A DNA stretch of 12,116 bases, from the NCBI GenBank assembly GCA_031459535.1, contig JAVKIJ010000087.1, positions 1 to 12,116 of the forward strand, given 5' to 3'. Under the pieces are notes generated by a model. It saw only the letters and a list, made by a program, of their open reading frames with translations, made no database searches and was not told the origin of the DNA. The DNA comes from Candidatus Fervidifonticultor quintus. Lineage in GTDB: Bacteria > Sysuimicrobiota > Sysuimicrobiia > Sysuimicrobiales > Humicultoraceae. A program made the position numbers and the translations under genes. This document shows, piece by piece, positions 1-8,036 of this stretch; within the stretch, counting starts at the first letter, position 1, and each line of letters starts with the position of its first letter.

Positions 1-866
1 AAACCAGCCGCGCCATCCAGGTCCAGGAGCGGGCCGACATTCCGGACGACCGACGCCAGATGCTCGGGCAGGCCGGCCATGTACTGCCCGAGCCATGCGA
101 CAACCATCGCTGGATTGTCCACGGCGCCGGCCGCGTCGGCCCTCGACACATTGAGTACGCGCGAACCCAGTCGCAGGACGGTCGCGCCGGAATGCTGCAG
201 ATTATAGACCAGCATGGGGCTCACTCCCGCCAACCCTGCGGCCGCCAGCCAGGCCACATTTCCTCCGGAGAGCGCAGGCCGATGATGCCGGTAGAGAAAC
301 CAGCCCGCTACTACGAGGTACGGAGTGACCAGAGGCAAGACGTATAGCCCGAACCCGCCGGCAAGACCCAACAGCGCCAGATGCCGGCGCAGATCATGGG
401 CGGACTGCGCCGAGGCGGGAAGGCGAAAGGCCAGCAGCAAGACCAGACTGCCGAAGCACAGGGTCTCGGGATAGCCACCCGTTGCCTTCACCGATAGTGT
501 GAGCGCCGTCGCGGGAGGCACCGCCGCCACCGCGAGCGCGACGAGCGCCGACCGCGCATCGAACAGGAGGCGCGCTATCCCATAGGTTGCCCCCAGATAG
601 CCGGCGACGAACGGCAGCGTGGCGCCCTTCAAGGCCGGCACGCCCATTCCGATCAATGAGTAGCCCAGTGCTGCCAGATACGACACCGCAGTTCCCGCGT
701 AATGGGCCCCCCAGCAGTAGAGTGGATACTCACGCCCCTGCTGAATGTGCAGCGCCATCAGGCCGAAGACGGCCTCATCCGCGTCGGGGTAGCCGGCTGG
801 CGTGAAAAACCAGACCGCGCGCAGCGTCAGCCCGAGCAGGACAAGGATCGGGGCGGCGGGTACCAT
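1..866 (-). CDS. GT-C fold integral membrane glycosyltransferase (ArnT/PMT-like, GT83/GT39-like), partial; continues past the left edge
   Basis: Not in the ORF track because no stop falls in the window. Manual translation from ATG at 866 stays open to position 1: MVPAAPILVLLGLTLRAVWFFTPAGYPDADEAVFGLMALHIQQGREYPLYCWGAHYAG...KATGGYPETLCFGSLVLLLAF...GLAGGFGLYVLPLVTPYL...GVSPMLVYNLQH... One N-terminal TM helix, then the acidic DADE loop typical of GT-C enzymes, then several hydrophobic helices. Starts 3 bp after the upstream stop. Confidence 0.85.
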   Translation of the reverse strand, partial: MVPAAPILVLLGLTLRAVWFFTPAGYPDADEAVFGLMALHIQQGREYPLYCWGAHYAGTAVSYLAALGYSLIGMGVPALKGATLPFVAGYLGATYGIARLLFDARSALVALAVAAVPPATALTLSVKATGGYPETLCFGSLVLLLAFRLPASAQSAHDLRRHLALLGLAGGFGLYVLPLVTPYLVVAGWFLYRHHRPALSGGNVAWLAAAGLAGVSPMLVYNLQHSGATVLRLGSRVLNVSRADAAGAVDNPAMVVAWLGQYMAGLPEHLASVVRNVGPLLDLDGAAG

Positions 867-869
867 GAG

Positions 870-1640
870 TCAGCCGATCTCCATTTGGAACGCGGGACGC
901 CGCAGGAATTTCGGCGTCCAGACATGCCAGCGGTGCAACCGATAGGCGGCGAGCATGGCCAGACTCGAAAGACCGTAGCGGATTCCGGCGAGGACGCCGA
1001 CCTGCGAGGCCTCGTCGAAATACCGGGTATCAATCGGCAACTCGTGAAATCGCATCCCGGCGTCAATGCCCTGCAAGAGGATCTGGAGGTCGAACACGAA
1101 GCTGTTCGAATTGGCCGGGTAGTTGACCGCCTCGAGGTACCGGCGGCTGTAGGCGCGAAACCCCGAGTGGCATTCGCTCAGGAACCGGCCCGTCGCCACA
1201 TTGAAGGCCGCCGTGAGCAGAATGTTGGCGACGTACTTCCACCGGGGCATCCCGCCTTCGAAGTACCGCCCGCCGAGCATGCGCGAACCGAAGGCTGCAT
1301 CGCAATCTCCGCGGATGATGGGTTCGGCCAGCCGCAGGACCTGCCGTGGGTCGTACTGGTGGTCCGGATGCACCATGATCACGATGTCCGCGCCGCGGGC
1401 TAGGGCTTCCCGGTAGCAGGTCTTCTGGTTGCCGCCGTATCCGAGATTGCGGGCATGCCGGATGACGGCCAACCCCATCGCCTCGGCCAGGTCGGCCGTC
1501 CCATCCCGACTCGCGTCATCCACCAAGATGACGTCCGCGAGCTGATCGCGCGGGAGGTCCTCCACCGTCGCCCGCAAGGTCTTCGCGGCATTGTACGCGG
1601 GCATCACGACCACGATCCGCGGCTTGGATGGACCGCTCAC
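870..1640 (-). CDS. GT2 glycosyltransferase, DPM1-like (probable polyprenyl-phosphate sugar synthase), 256 aa
   Basis: Motifs VVMPAYN, ILVDDASRDGT, NLGYGG, HPDHQYDP, GSR, SECHSGFRAYSR, FVFDLQIL and ELPIDTRY. GTG start with a strong SD. Confidence 0.9.
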   Translation of the reverse strand: MSGPSKPRIVVVMPAYNAAKTLRATVEDLPRDQLADVILVDDASRDGTADLAEAMGLAVIRHARNLGYGGNQKTCYREALARGADIVIMVHPDHQYDPRQVLRLAEPIIRGDCDAAFGSRMLGGRYFEGGMPRWKYVANILLTAAFNVATGRFLSECHSGFRAYSRRYLEAVNYPANSNSFVFDLQILLQGIDAGMRFHELPIDTRYFDEASQVGVLAGIRYGLSSLAMLAAYRLHRWHVWTPKFLRRPAFQMEIG

Positions 1641-1646
1641 GCAGAA

Positions 1647-1654
1647 CTCCTCCC
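1647..1654 (-). promoter_or_regulatory. Shine-Dalgarno site GGGAGGAG for the DPM1-like GT2
   Basis: Plus-strand ctcctccc at 1647-1654, 6 nt upstream of the GTG at 1640. Confidence 0.8.
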
Positions 1655-1656
1655 GA

Positions 1657-2466
1657 TCATGCTTTCGGCGCGACGGCCGTCATCGCCATCCCCCAGTTCA
1701 TGCCGGTAAGCCGGAACCAGCCATAGGCCAGTTCGTTGACGAGCCGTTTGCTCAGGACCGCGGCGGCGTCCCGGTCGAACCCGATCGTCACACGTTGAAA
1801 GCCGGCCGAGACCAACAAGGCGCGCAAGGTGCGCGGCGAGAAGTGAAAGAGATGGAGCTCGCGCTCGTCCGGCTCGTAGAGCGGCGGTCGGCGGCCGCGC
1901 GCCAGCCGGTAGGCGGCACGAAACAGATAATCCTCCACGTTCGGCGTAGCCAGGAAGAGCGCCCCGCCCGGTTTCAGCACCCGGTGGATTTCCCGGACAA
2001 TGCGCGCCGGGTCTCGGGCATGCTCGAGCACATGCCAGCAGGTCACAACATCCACGGTGTCGGCGGAAAGCCCGGCCTCCCAGATTTCCCCCTGGTGGAT
2101 GAGGAACCCGCGCGCGCCGGCCGCCCGGCACGCATAGGCCGATACCTCGGTCCCCCTCACGCGCCAACCGCGCGCCCGCGCACAGTCGAGGAAATCTCCG
2201 GTCCCGCAGCCGACATCCAGCAGGTCTCCCGGCGGGTGCTTCACCCGTTCCACCTCCGCCAACCGGCGCCGCCAGATCGCGGCACGCACCTGGGTCTGTG
2301 CCTCCCAGGGCGCGTAGTACTCCTGCTGATACGCCCGCTCGATCACAGCCGGCTCCGGCTGCGGGGTCACAAAGACCAGCCCGCACGCACACCGGACGAC
2401 GCGTGTGGCGGCCGCCTCCTCCAGTGTCGTCCAGTCCACGCCGCCGCAGAGATTACACCCGTCCAT
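1657..2466 (-). CDS. Class I SAM-dependent methyltransferase with N-terminal Cys cluster (putative zinc ribbon), 269 aa
   Basis: Start moved from 2892 to ATG 2466 (MDGCNLCGG...VVRCACGLVF), preceded by GGGAGAAG and overlapping the upstream GT4 by 14 bp. Motif I LLDVGCGTG, then DVVTCWHVLEH and VLKPGGALFLATPN. Confidence 0.9.
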   Translation of the reverse strand: MDGCNLCGGVDWTTLEEAAATRVVRCACGLVFVTPQPEPAVIERAYQQEYYAPWEAQTQVRAAIWRRRLAEVERVKHPPGDLLDVGCGTGDFLDCARARGWRVRGTEVSAYACRAAGARGFLIHQGEIWEAGLSADTVDVVTCWHVLEHARDPARIVREIHRVLKPGGALFLATPNVEDYLFRAAYRLARGRRPPLYEPDERELHLFHFSPRTLRALLVSAGFQRVTIGFDRDAAAVLSKRLVNELAYGWFRLTGMNWGMAMTAVAPKA

Positions 2467-3568
2467 GCGCTTCTCCCGTACATTCCCGGTACACGGCGCC
2501 GATCGCCTCCGCATGCCGTGCGAGGCTGAACTCCGCTTCAACGCGCGTGCGGCCGGCTTCGCCCAGGCGCCGCCGCGCATCAGGATCCGCCAGCAGTATC
2601 CGCAGGGCACCGGCCAGCGCCGTCGGATCAGCCGGAGGCACGAGCAGGCCCGTTTTCCCGTCGGCGACGATTTCCGGCACAGCACCGGAGGCCGTCGCGA
2701 CGACGGGCTTGCCCATCGCCATCGCCTCGATGAGTACGCGCCCGAAATGCTCCCCGATCGCCGGCGACACGAAAATGTCCGCGAGTGCGAGCACATCGGG
2801 CAGGTCGTCACGCCAACCGAGGAAGTGAACCTGCCCGGCCAGGCCATGCCGCCTGCATTGTTCCTCCAGCACACCCCGCAACTCGCCGTCACCTGCGATG
2901 ATCCATTCGACGTCCGGACGATCCGCCTTGAGCAGCCGCGCAGCCTCGATCAGGTGAGCATAGCCCTTGTAGGCCACGAATCGGCCGGCGCTGGCGATCA
3001 CAGGCCCCTGGCCCGACACGCCCAGCGCTTCACGCAGGCCGGGGCGCGGCTGACGCGGGCTGAACTCCTTCAGATTGACGCCGTTGTGAACGCACCGCAC
3101 GCGCCTGGCCGCCGCTCCGTGAAACCGGCCCGCCACGGCGCGCGAGTTGACGACGATGCGGGTCGCCAGCGCCGCCAGCAGCGGATCCAGCAGCGGATCG
3201 CGATCCGCGACACGGACGTGCCACAGCACAGGCCGCCCGGCGAGCAGGCCAGCCAGGCCGGCATAGAACATGGCGCGCGACCCATTCGCATGGAGCAGGC
3301 GCGCGCCAGTCGCATCTGCCAGGCGTTTGAGCGACAGAACAGCGTGGATCACGCCGCCCCCACACCGCCGGATTCCGGGCAGGGGGATCACGTGCGCCGG
3401 CGCCTGCAACGCCCGGCAGCGGTCCGCTACGGGTCCCTCGGCAGGCACCGCAACCACCGGACGCCACTGGGTCCGGTCCAACCCTTCGAGCAGCAGGAGC
3501 AGGCTGATTTCCCCGCCCCCGACGATGTTCCCATGGTTGGAGACGATGAGCACGGTCGCCGGTGTCAT
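2453..3568 (-). CDS. GT4 (GT-B fold) glycosyltransferase, 371 aa
   Basis: N-terminal GGGE, then HNGV, AGRFVAYKG, GDG, GWRDD, and EX7E motif EHFGRVLIEAMAMGKPVV. ATGA overlap with the upstream stop. Confidence 0.93.
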   Translation of the reverse strand: MTPATVLIVSNHGNIVGGGEISLLLLLEGLDRTQWRPVVAVPAEGPVADRCRALQAPAHVIPLPGIRRCGGGVIHAVLSLKRLADATGARLLHANGSRAMFYAGLAGLLAGRPVLWHVRVADRDPLLDPLLAALATRIVVNSRAVAGRFHGAAARRVRCVHNGVNLKEFSPRQPRPGLREALGVSGQGPVIASAGRFVAYKGYAHLIEAARLLKADRPDVEWIIAGDGELRGVLEEQCRRHGLAGQVHFLGWRDDLPDVLALADIFVSPAIGEHFGRVLIEAMAMGKPVVATASGAVPEIVADGKTGLLVPPADPTALAGALRILLADPDARRRLGEAGRTRVEAEFSLARHAEAIGAVYRECTGEAHGRV

Positions 3569-4548
3569 GCCCGCTCCGGCAGAAGGAAAGCCCTCCAGCG
3601 ACCGGCCTCCGTGCCCGCATCCATCGTGAGTTTAACCAACGGCACCAGCCACCAGGCTCGGCGATGGGTCGGGTACCGGCGTGCAAATCGGAATCGCCAG
3701 AGGACGGTGCCGCCGTAGGCGGCCGCCGCAACTGGCAACCAGGCCAGCAGCCAGGGCCACCGCGCCGCGATTGCGACGACGATCAGCGCGCGGAGAGTCC
3801 AGGAACTCCGGAGCAGGAAGTTGGCGAAGCGGACCCGATCGGCAACCAGCGGCCACAGGCGTATCTCGCTCTGCCCGCGGCGCATGAACCAGCGGAACAC
3901 AGAGGCGAAGGTGCCGCGCGGCCGGTGATAGACCACCGCCTCCGGCGCGTACACGCAGGGACCGAGTGCGGAGACTCGTTCGGCCAGCAGGAAATCCTCC
4001 CCTCCCGTGCGTGCTTCCTCTGAAAAGCCGCCCGCCTCGAACACAGCCTGGCGCCGGTAGGCACAGTTGCAGGTTGACAGGTGCCGCGTCGGCACCACCC
4101 GGCCCTGCGCCTCATGCAGGTACCGCAGACCGCCACCGGGAAACCCCAGCACGTTTTCTGCATACCCGATCAGGCCGCAGTTCCGGACCAGCACCGCGCC
4201 GGCCACGCCGAGCACGCGCGCATCCTTCAGGAAAGGAGCCGTCAGCGCTTCCGCCCACCCCCGCTCGGCCTCGCAGTCGTCGTCAATGAACAGGAGAATC
4301 TCCCCCTGCGCCGCGCGCACGCCGGCGTTGCGGGCGTGGCCGAAGCCACGGCCTTCGCGCGGCAGATGGACGTACCGGACACCTGGGATCACGCGCGGAG
4401 CATCAGCTTCCTCCACCACCACGATCTCGGCCCCCCGTCCCATATCGCCCGACGCCCTGATGGACGCGATCGCCCGATCCACATCGGCCGGCCGATCCTT
4501 CGTGCAGAGAATCACCGAGACGGCCGGGTTAGACGCAGACGACGCCAT
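3565..4548 (-). CDS. GT2 glycosyltransferase with hydrophobic C-terminal segments, 327 aa
   Basis: VSVILCTKDR, GHARNAG, FIDDDC (DxD), TCNCAYRR, GGF, GGED. C-terminal hydrophobic stretch. AGGAG upstream of the ATG; 20 bp overlap with the upstream gene. Confidence 0.9.
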   Translation of the reverse strand: MASSASNPAVSVILCTKDRPADVDRAIASIRASGDMGRGAEIVVVEEADAPRVIPGVRYVHLPREGRGFGHARNAGVRAAQGEILLFIDDDCEAERGWAEALTAPFLKDARVLGVAGAVLVRNCGLIGYAENVLGFPGGGLRYLHEAQGRVVPTRHLSTCNCAYRRQAVFEAGGFSEEARTGGEDFLLAERVSALGPCVYAPEAVVYHRPRGTFASVFRWFMRRGQSEIRLWPLVADRVRFANFLLRSSWTLRALIVVAIAARWPWLLAWLPVAAAAYGGTVLWRFRFARRYPTHRRAWWLVPLVKLTMDAGTEAGRWRAFLLPERA

Positions 4549-5566
4549 ACTTGAGCGCTCCTCTCCACCGCCCCAGCGTCATGGCGCCCGACTTCACGAG
4601 CAGCAGCCCCGCCAGCACCGGCGCGCGCCACGCCGGTGCGCCGGCATGCCGCGCGCGGCGGCCGGTCACGACCATCAACCAGCCAGCATAGAGCGGCAGC
4701 AACCACAGCGCCGCGGGAAGCCAAAGACCGGTTGCCGCGATCGCTGCCACCTTCTTGTCCGCCGAGGCCAGGTCCATCCAGGCATGGACCGGACAGCCTG
4801 GCCACGACCAACGCACGCGCGGCAGCTCGACCCACAGGCCCTGTGCCCACCGGCGACGGAGCAGATAGGCGTGGCTCTCGCCGTAATCGAAGGCCTGGCG
4901 GACCATGCCGCGCATGGTGGTGCGGTGGTGATGGCGCACTCTCGCGGCGGGCTCGTACACCACGCTCTGCCCGTGCGTGTAGATGCGCGCGCAGAGGTCG
5001 TAGTCCGATCCGCAGGCCGTTGCCCCGACGCTCGCTTCGTCAAGGTCGCCGACCGCCTTCAAGGTCTCCGCGCGCACGGCGAAGTTGGCCGTAACATAGC
5101 CGCCTTCCCAGGGCGTCCAGCGGGTTGACCGCTTCGGCTGGTCGGGCAGTTGCAACGTGTAGAGCGCGCTGAACAGTTCCACGGTGGAGCCGGCCGGCGC
5201 CGACACCACGCGGCCCGCCACCGCGCCGACCGCATCCTCCTCGAATGGCGCGAGCAGATGTTTCAGCCAGTCGGGCTCCGGCTCGCAGTCGGCATCCATC
5301 AACACGACGACCGCTCCTCGCGCCGCCCGGATGCCAGCGTTGCGCGCCGCAGCGGCCCCCGGCCGCGGTTCACGCAGCAGGCGCACGTCGGCCGCGCGGA
5401 CCGAGCCGGCAAACGCCTCTTGCAGCGCGAGGCTTCCGTCGCTCGAACCGTTGTCAACCAGCACGATTTCCGAAGGTGGTGGATCCAGGCGGCTCAGCGC
5501 CGCAAGACAGATCGGGAGCGTCCGCGCGGCGTTCTTGATCGGCACCACAACCGATGCGCTCAACAT
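4529..5566 (-). CDS. GT2 glycosyltransferase with hydrophobic C-terminal segments, 345 aa
   Basis: SVVVPIKN, VLVDNGSSDGS, AAARNAG, MDADC (DxD), GAVAGRV, TANFAVR, YEPAARVRH. Start overlaps the upstream gene by 7 bp (ATGTTGA), with GGAG upstream. Confidence 0.92.
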   Translation of the reverse strand: MLSASVVVPIKNAARTLPICLAALSRLDPPPSEIVLVDNGSSDGSLALQEAFAGSVRAADVRLLREPRPGAAAARNAGIRAARGAVVVLMDADCEPEPDWLKHLLAPFEEDAVGAVAGRVVSAPAGSTVELFSALYTLQLPDQPKRSTRWTPWEGGYVTANFAVRAETLKAVGDLDEASVGATACGSDYDLCARIYTHGQSVVYEPAARVRHHHRTTMRGMVRQAFDYGESHAYLLRRRWAQGLWVELPRVRWSWPGCPVHAWMDLASADKKVAAIAATGLWLPAALWLLPLYAGWLMVVTGRRARHAGAPAWRAPVLAGLLLVKSGAMTLGRWRGALKYGVVCV

Positions 5567-6735
5567 GGAGCCGACTCTCCCGCCAGCAACGTCCGGTAGA
5601 ACGATTCCAGCGGCGCGAGGCAGCGCGGCCAGTCGTAGCGCGTCTCGGCCAGGCGGCGCGCCGAGGTACCCAGACGGGCGCGTTCGTCCGGATCGCCGAG
5701 CAGGCGCACGACCGCCGCAGTGAGCGAGGGCGCGTCATCCGCGAGGATGACGTCGCGGCCGGGCACTGCTTCGATGCCCTCGATCCCAATGCTGGTCGTG
5801 ACAATCGCGCAACCGGCCGCCATCGCCTCCAGCAGTTTGGTCCTCGTGCCGGCGCCCGTGAAATGGGGTGCAACGTAGACGGTCGCCGCCTGAAGGTGCG
5901 GCAGCATGTCCACGACCTCCCCGGTCACCATGATGCCGGGACCGGCGAGCCGTCTGACGCGGGTGCTGGGATTTCGGCCCACCAACCGCAGCTCCGCGTC
6001 GGGACGGGCCAGCCGGACGTGCGGAAAAATGCGCAGCGCCAACGTTTCGGCAGCCGCCACGTTGGGTTCGAATCCCATGTCGCCGGTGAATAGTACGACC
6101 GCCGAGCCTGGCGGACGCAAGGGACCAGGCGTGACGGCAGCGCAATCCACGCCGTTCGGCACGACCAGCACGTTCCGGCCAGGACGTTCCCGGGCGCACC
6201 GCGCGCGGTCCTTCTCAGAGACGACCAGAATGCAGCACGTCTCCGGCCAGCAAAAGGCATCGTAGAGGCTGAAGCGGATGACGCGGAAGAGATTCCTGAT
6301 CCGGGTGAACGCGCCCCGTTCATGGCGCAGCGCGCGCAGCGGGCCAGCCAGGCCGTAGGCCCAGACATCCAGGATAACGGGCACGCGAAAACCCGACGAC
6401 AGGTATGGCAGCATCGCCGGCTTTTCGACCTGCACCGCTCCATAGAGACCGGACTCCAAGCGCCGATGGACTGCCTGTGCCAGGGCTCGGTTCTTCTCGT
6501 AGGGTCCGATGTGCGCGCGTGCCCACAGTCCGCCACGCGAGGGCGGCACGAATTCAATCTCGCGGCAGACACTCTTGAGCAGCCGCGCGCTCTCCTCCTG
6601 TCCTTCACCGGCTGGCGCCACCAGATCGAGCGCGAACCGCTCCGCCAGGAACTGCGCGAGACGATACATGCGCTGGGCGCCTCCCCCGCCGGACGGGCAG
6701 GGCGGCGCCGGCGCGAGGAAAAGGAGCCGTTTCAC
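5560..6735 (-). CDS. GT4 (GT-B fold) glycosyltransferase, 391 aa
   Basis: Start moved from 7161 to GTG 6735 (GTGA overlap with the upstream stop; reads (M)KRLLFLAPAPP...GGGAQR). Motifs VPNGVD, FTGDMGFEPN, VGRNP, VTGEV, GAGTRTKLLEAMAAG, RYDW. Confidence 0.9.
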   Translation of the reverse strand: MKRLLFLAPAPPCPSGGGGAQRMYRLAQFLAERFALDLVAPAGEGQEESARLLKSVCREIEFVPPSRGGLWARAHIGPYEKNRALAQAVHRRLESGLYGAVQVEKPAMLPYLSSGFRVPVILDVWAYGLAGPLRALRHERGAFTRIRNLFRVIRFSLYDAFCWPETCCILVVSEKDRARCARERPGRNVLVVPNGVDCAAVTPGPLRPPGSAVVLFTGDMGFEPNVAAAETLALRIFPHVRLARPDAELRLVGRNPSTRVRRLAGPGIMVTGEVVDMLPHLQAATVYVAPHFTGAGTRTKLLEAMAAGCAIVTTSIGIEGIEAVPGRDVILADDAPSLTAAVVRLLGDPDERARLGTSARRLAETRYDWPRCLAPLESFYRTLLAGESAPC

Positions 6736-7883
6736 CGCGCGCCTCGCACATCCGCAAACAGTTTCAACATCTGCCGCGCCGACTCTTTCCAGTCGAACCG
6801 GGCCGCCTGCCGATAGCCCTTTGCTCGGAGATGCTCCCTGAGCGCCGGATCGGTCAGCACCCGGTGGAGGGCATCCTCGATCGCTTCCTCGTCCGTCGGC
6901 GACACCAGGAGCCCCGCATCCCCCACAACCTCCGGCAACGCCCCCGCATTGGAGGACACCACCGGCGCTCCGCAGGCCATCGCTTCCAGGACAGGCAACC
7001 CGAATCCTTCGTAGAGCGAGGGGAACACGAAGGCCTCGGCATGCCGGTAGAAACACGGCACATCCTCCGGTGGGATGAAATCCAGCACAACGCATGCACC
7101 GGCGGCCGTCAGGTCGGAGGCCGCCTCCAAGACCGCGCGGCCCCATCGCGTCGCGCCGCACAGCACGAGCTGATGGCCGATCCGCCGGGACTGTCGCAGC
7201 CGTCGAAACGCACGCACCAGCGTCTCGACGTTCTTGTGTGGGCCCAGTGAGCCCACGTAGAGGAGGTAGGGACGATGCACGCCGTACCGCGCGCAGAGTC
7301 GCGCGGCGTCTTCTCCGTCATCGGAAGGCACCTGACGGGCCTCCACACCGGGATACACCACGCGGACCTTGGCCGGATCCGCTCCCATCAACTCGATGAA
7401 GTCCCGCTTCGTCGCCTCCGAGATCGCCACGACCGCGTCAGTCCGTTCGAGGCCGCGCCTGATGCGAGGGACCAGCCTCCGCCGGTCACGTCCGTAGAAC
7501 CGCGGGAAGCGCATCGGGATCAGGTCGTAGGCGAGCATGATCGTCGCGGTCCGCCGCAGGATCGGCATCAGGTAAATCGTCGAGAGGAAGAGGTCCGGAT
7601 GGCCGAGCTGGCCTTCGGTCCCCGGTATGTGCCAGGCGTGCCGCGTCCAGCACCAGTCGAGCACACGGTCCGGCACCACCGTGACATGCGTGTCGAACCC
7701 GGCCAGCGCTGGATCGCGCATCAGCGTGGAGACGCCGCGGCGGACCCGCGACCGGTACCCCCGGAAAAACAGGCCGTACTCGTGTTCGGGTCCCTCGACG
7801 GCCAGATGCCGGAGCAAGCCGTACAGATAGGTCCTGATGCCGCCGACACCGAGCAGCGGCCCCCCGTCCGCTACGATCCGCAT
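6732..7883 (-). CDS. GT4 glycosyltransferase, MtfB/WbdB-like subfamily, 383 aa
   Basis: Start moved to ATG 7883 (MRIVADG...GGIRTY), with a G-rich SD-like run upstream. Motifs YDLIP, ISEATKRD, YVGSLGPHKN, FVFPSLYEGFGLPVLEAMACGAPVV (EX7E), LPEVVGDAG, FDW. Confidence 0.93.
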   Translation of the reverse strand: MRIVADGGPLLGVGGIRTYLYGLLRHLAVEGPEHEYGLFFRGYRSRVRRGVSTLMRDPALAGFDTHVTVVPDRVLDWCWTRHAWHIPGTEGQLGHPDLFLSTIYLMPILRRTATIMLAYDLIPMRFPRFYGRDRRRLVPRIRRGLERTDAVVAISEATKRDFIELMGADPAKVRVVYPGVEARQVPSDDGEDAARLCARYGVHRPYLLYVGSLGPHKNVETLVRAFRRLRQSRRIGHQLVLCGATRWGRAVLEAASDLTAAGACVVLDFIPPEDVPCFYRHAEAFVFPSLYEGFGLPVLEAMACGAPVVSSNAGALPEVVGDAGLLVSPTDEEAIEDALHRVLTDPALREHLRAKGYRQAARFDWKESARQMLKLFADVRGAR

Positions 7884-8036
7884 CTCGCCGTCCCCCCATC
7901 GGACTCTCTGCGACAACCCAGCGCCACGGCCCGGTTCGGCCCCGCCCAGCCCACGGAAGCCGCTTTTGGTTCGATTCCCTTCATCACGCGTGTGTTCTGC
8001 AATCCATTGTTCATCGAAACGACCGTTCCGCCTGAT

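Noticed and set aside
62..93. Perfect 10-bp inverted repeat GCTCGGGCAG/CTGCCCGAGC with a 12-nt spacer
   Set aside because: It lies inside the GT-C coding sequence, has no U-tract, and I saw no other copies. Plausibly chance at this GC content.
230..310. Suspected frameshift in the GT-C gene
   Set aside because: Careful re-translation shows the frame is continuous (…YLVVAGWFLYRHHRP…) with no stop down to position 1.
2467..2892. N-terminal extension of the 411-aa ORF
   Set aside because: It overlaps the GT4 gene in another frame and reads as Arg/Ser-rich noise. ATG 2466 has an SD and gives a sensible domain start.
6736..7161. N-terminal Gly/Cys-rich extension of the 533-aa ORF
   Set aside because: An off-frame reading of the upstream GT4. 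GTG 6735 with a GTGA overlap fits far better.
7915..7995. Intact tRNA gene around the T-loop-like motif
   Set aside because: No D-arm, anticodon arm, acceptor stem or CCA could be formed.
7871..8014. Possible 47-aa minus-strand peptide (MNNGLQNTRV...) spanning the intergenic gap
   Set aside because: No convincing SD and no recognisable motif. It cannot be supported without expression or conservation data.
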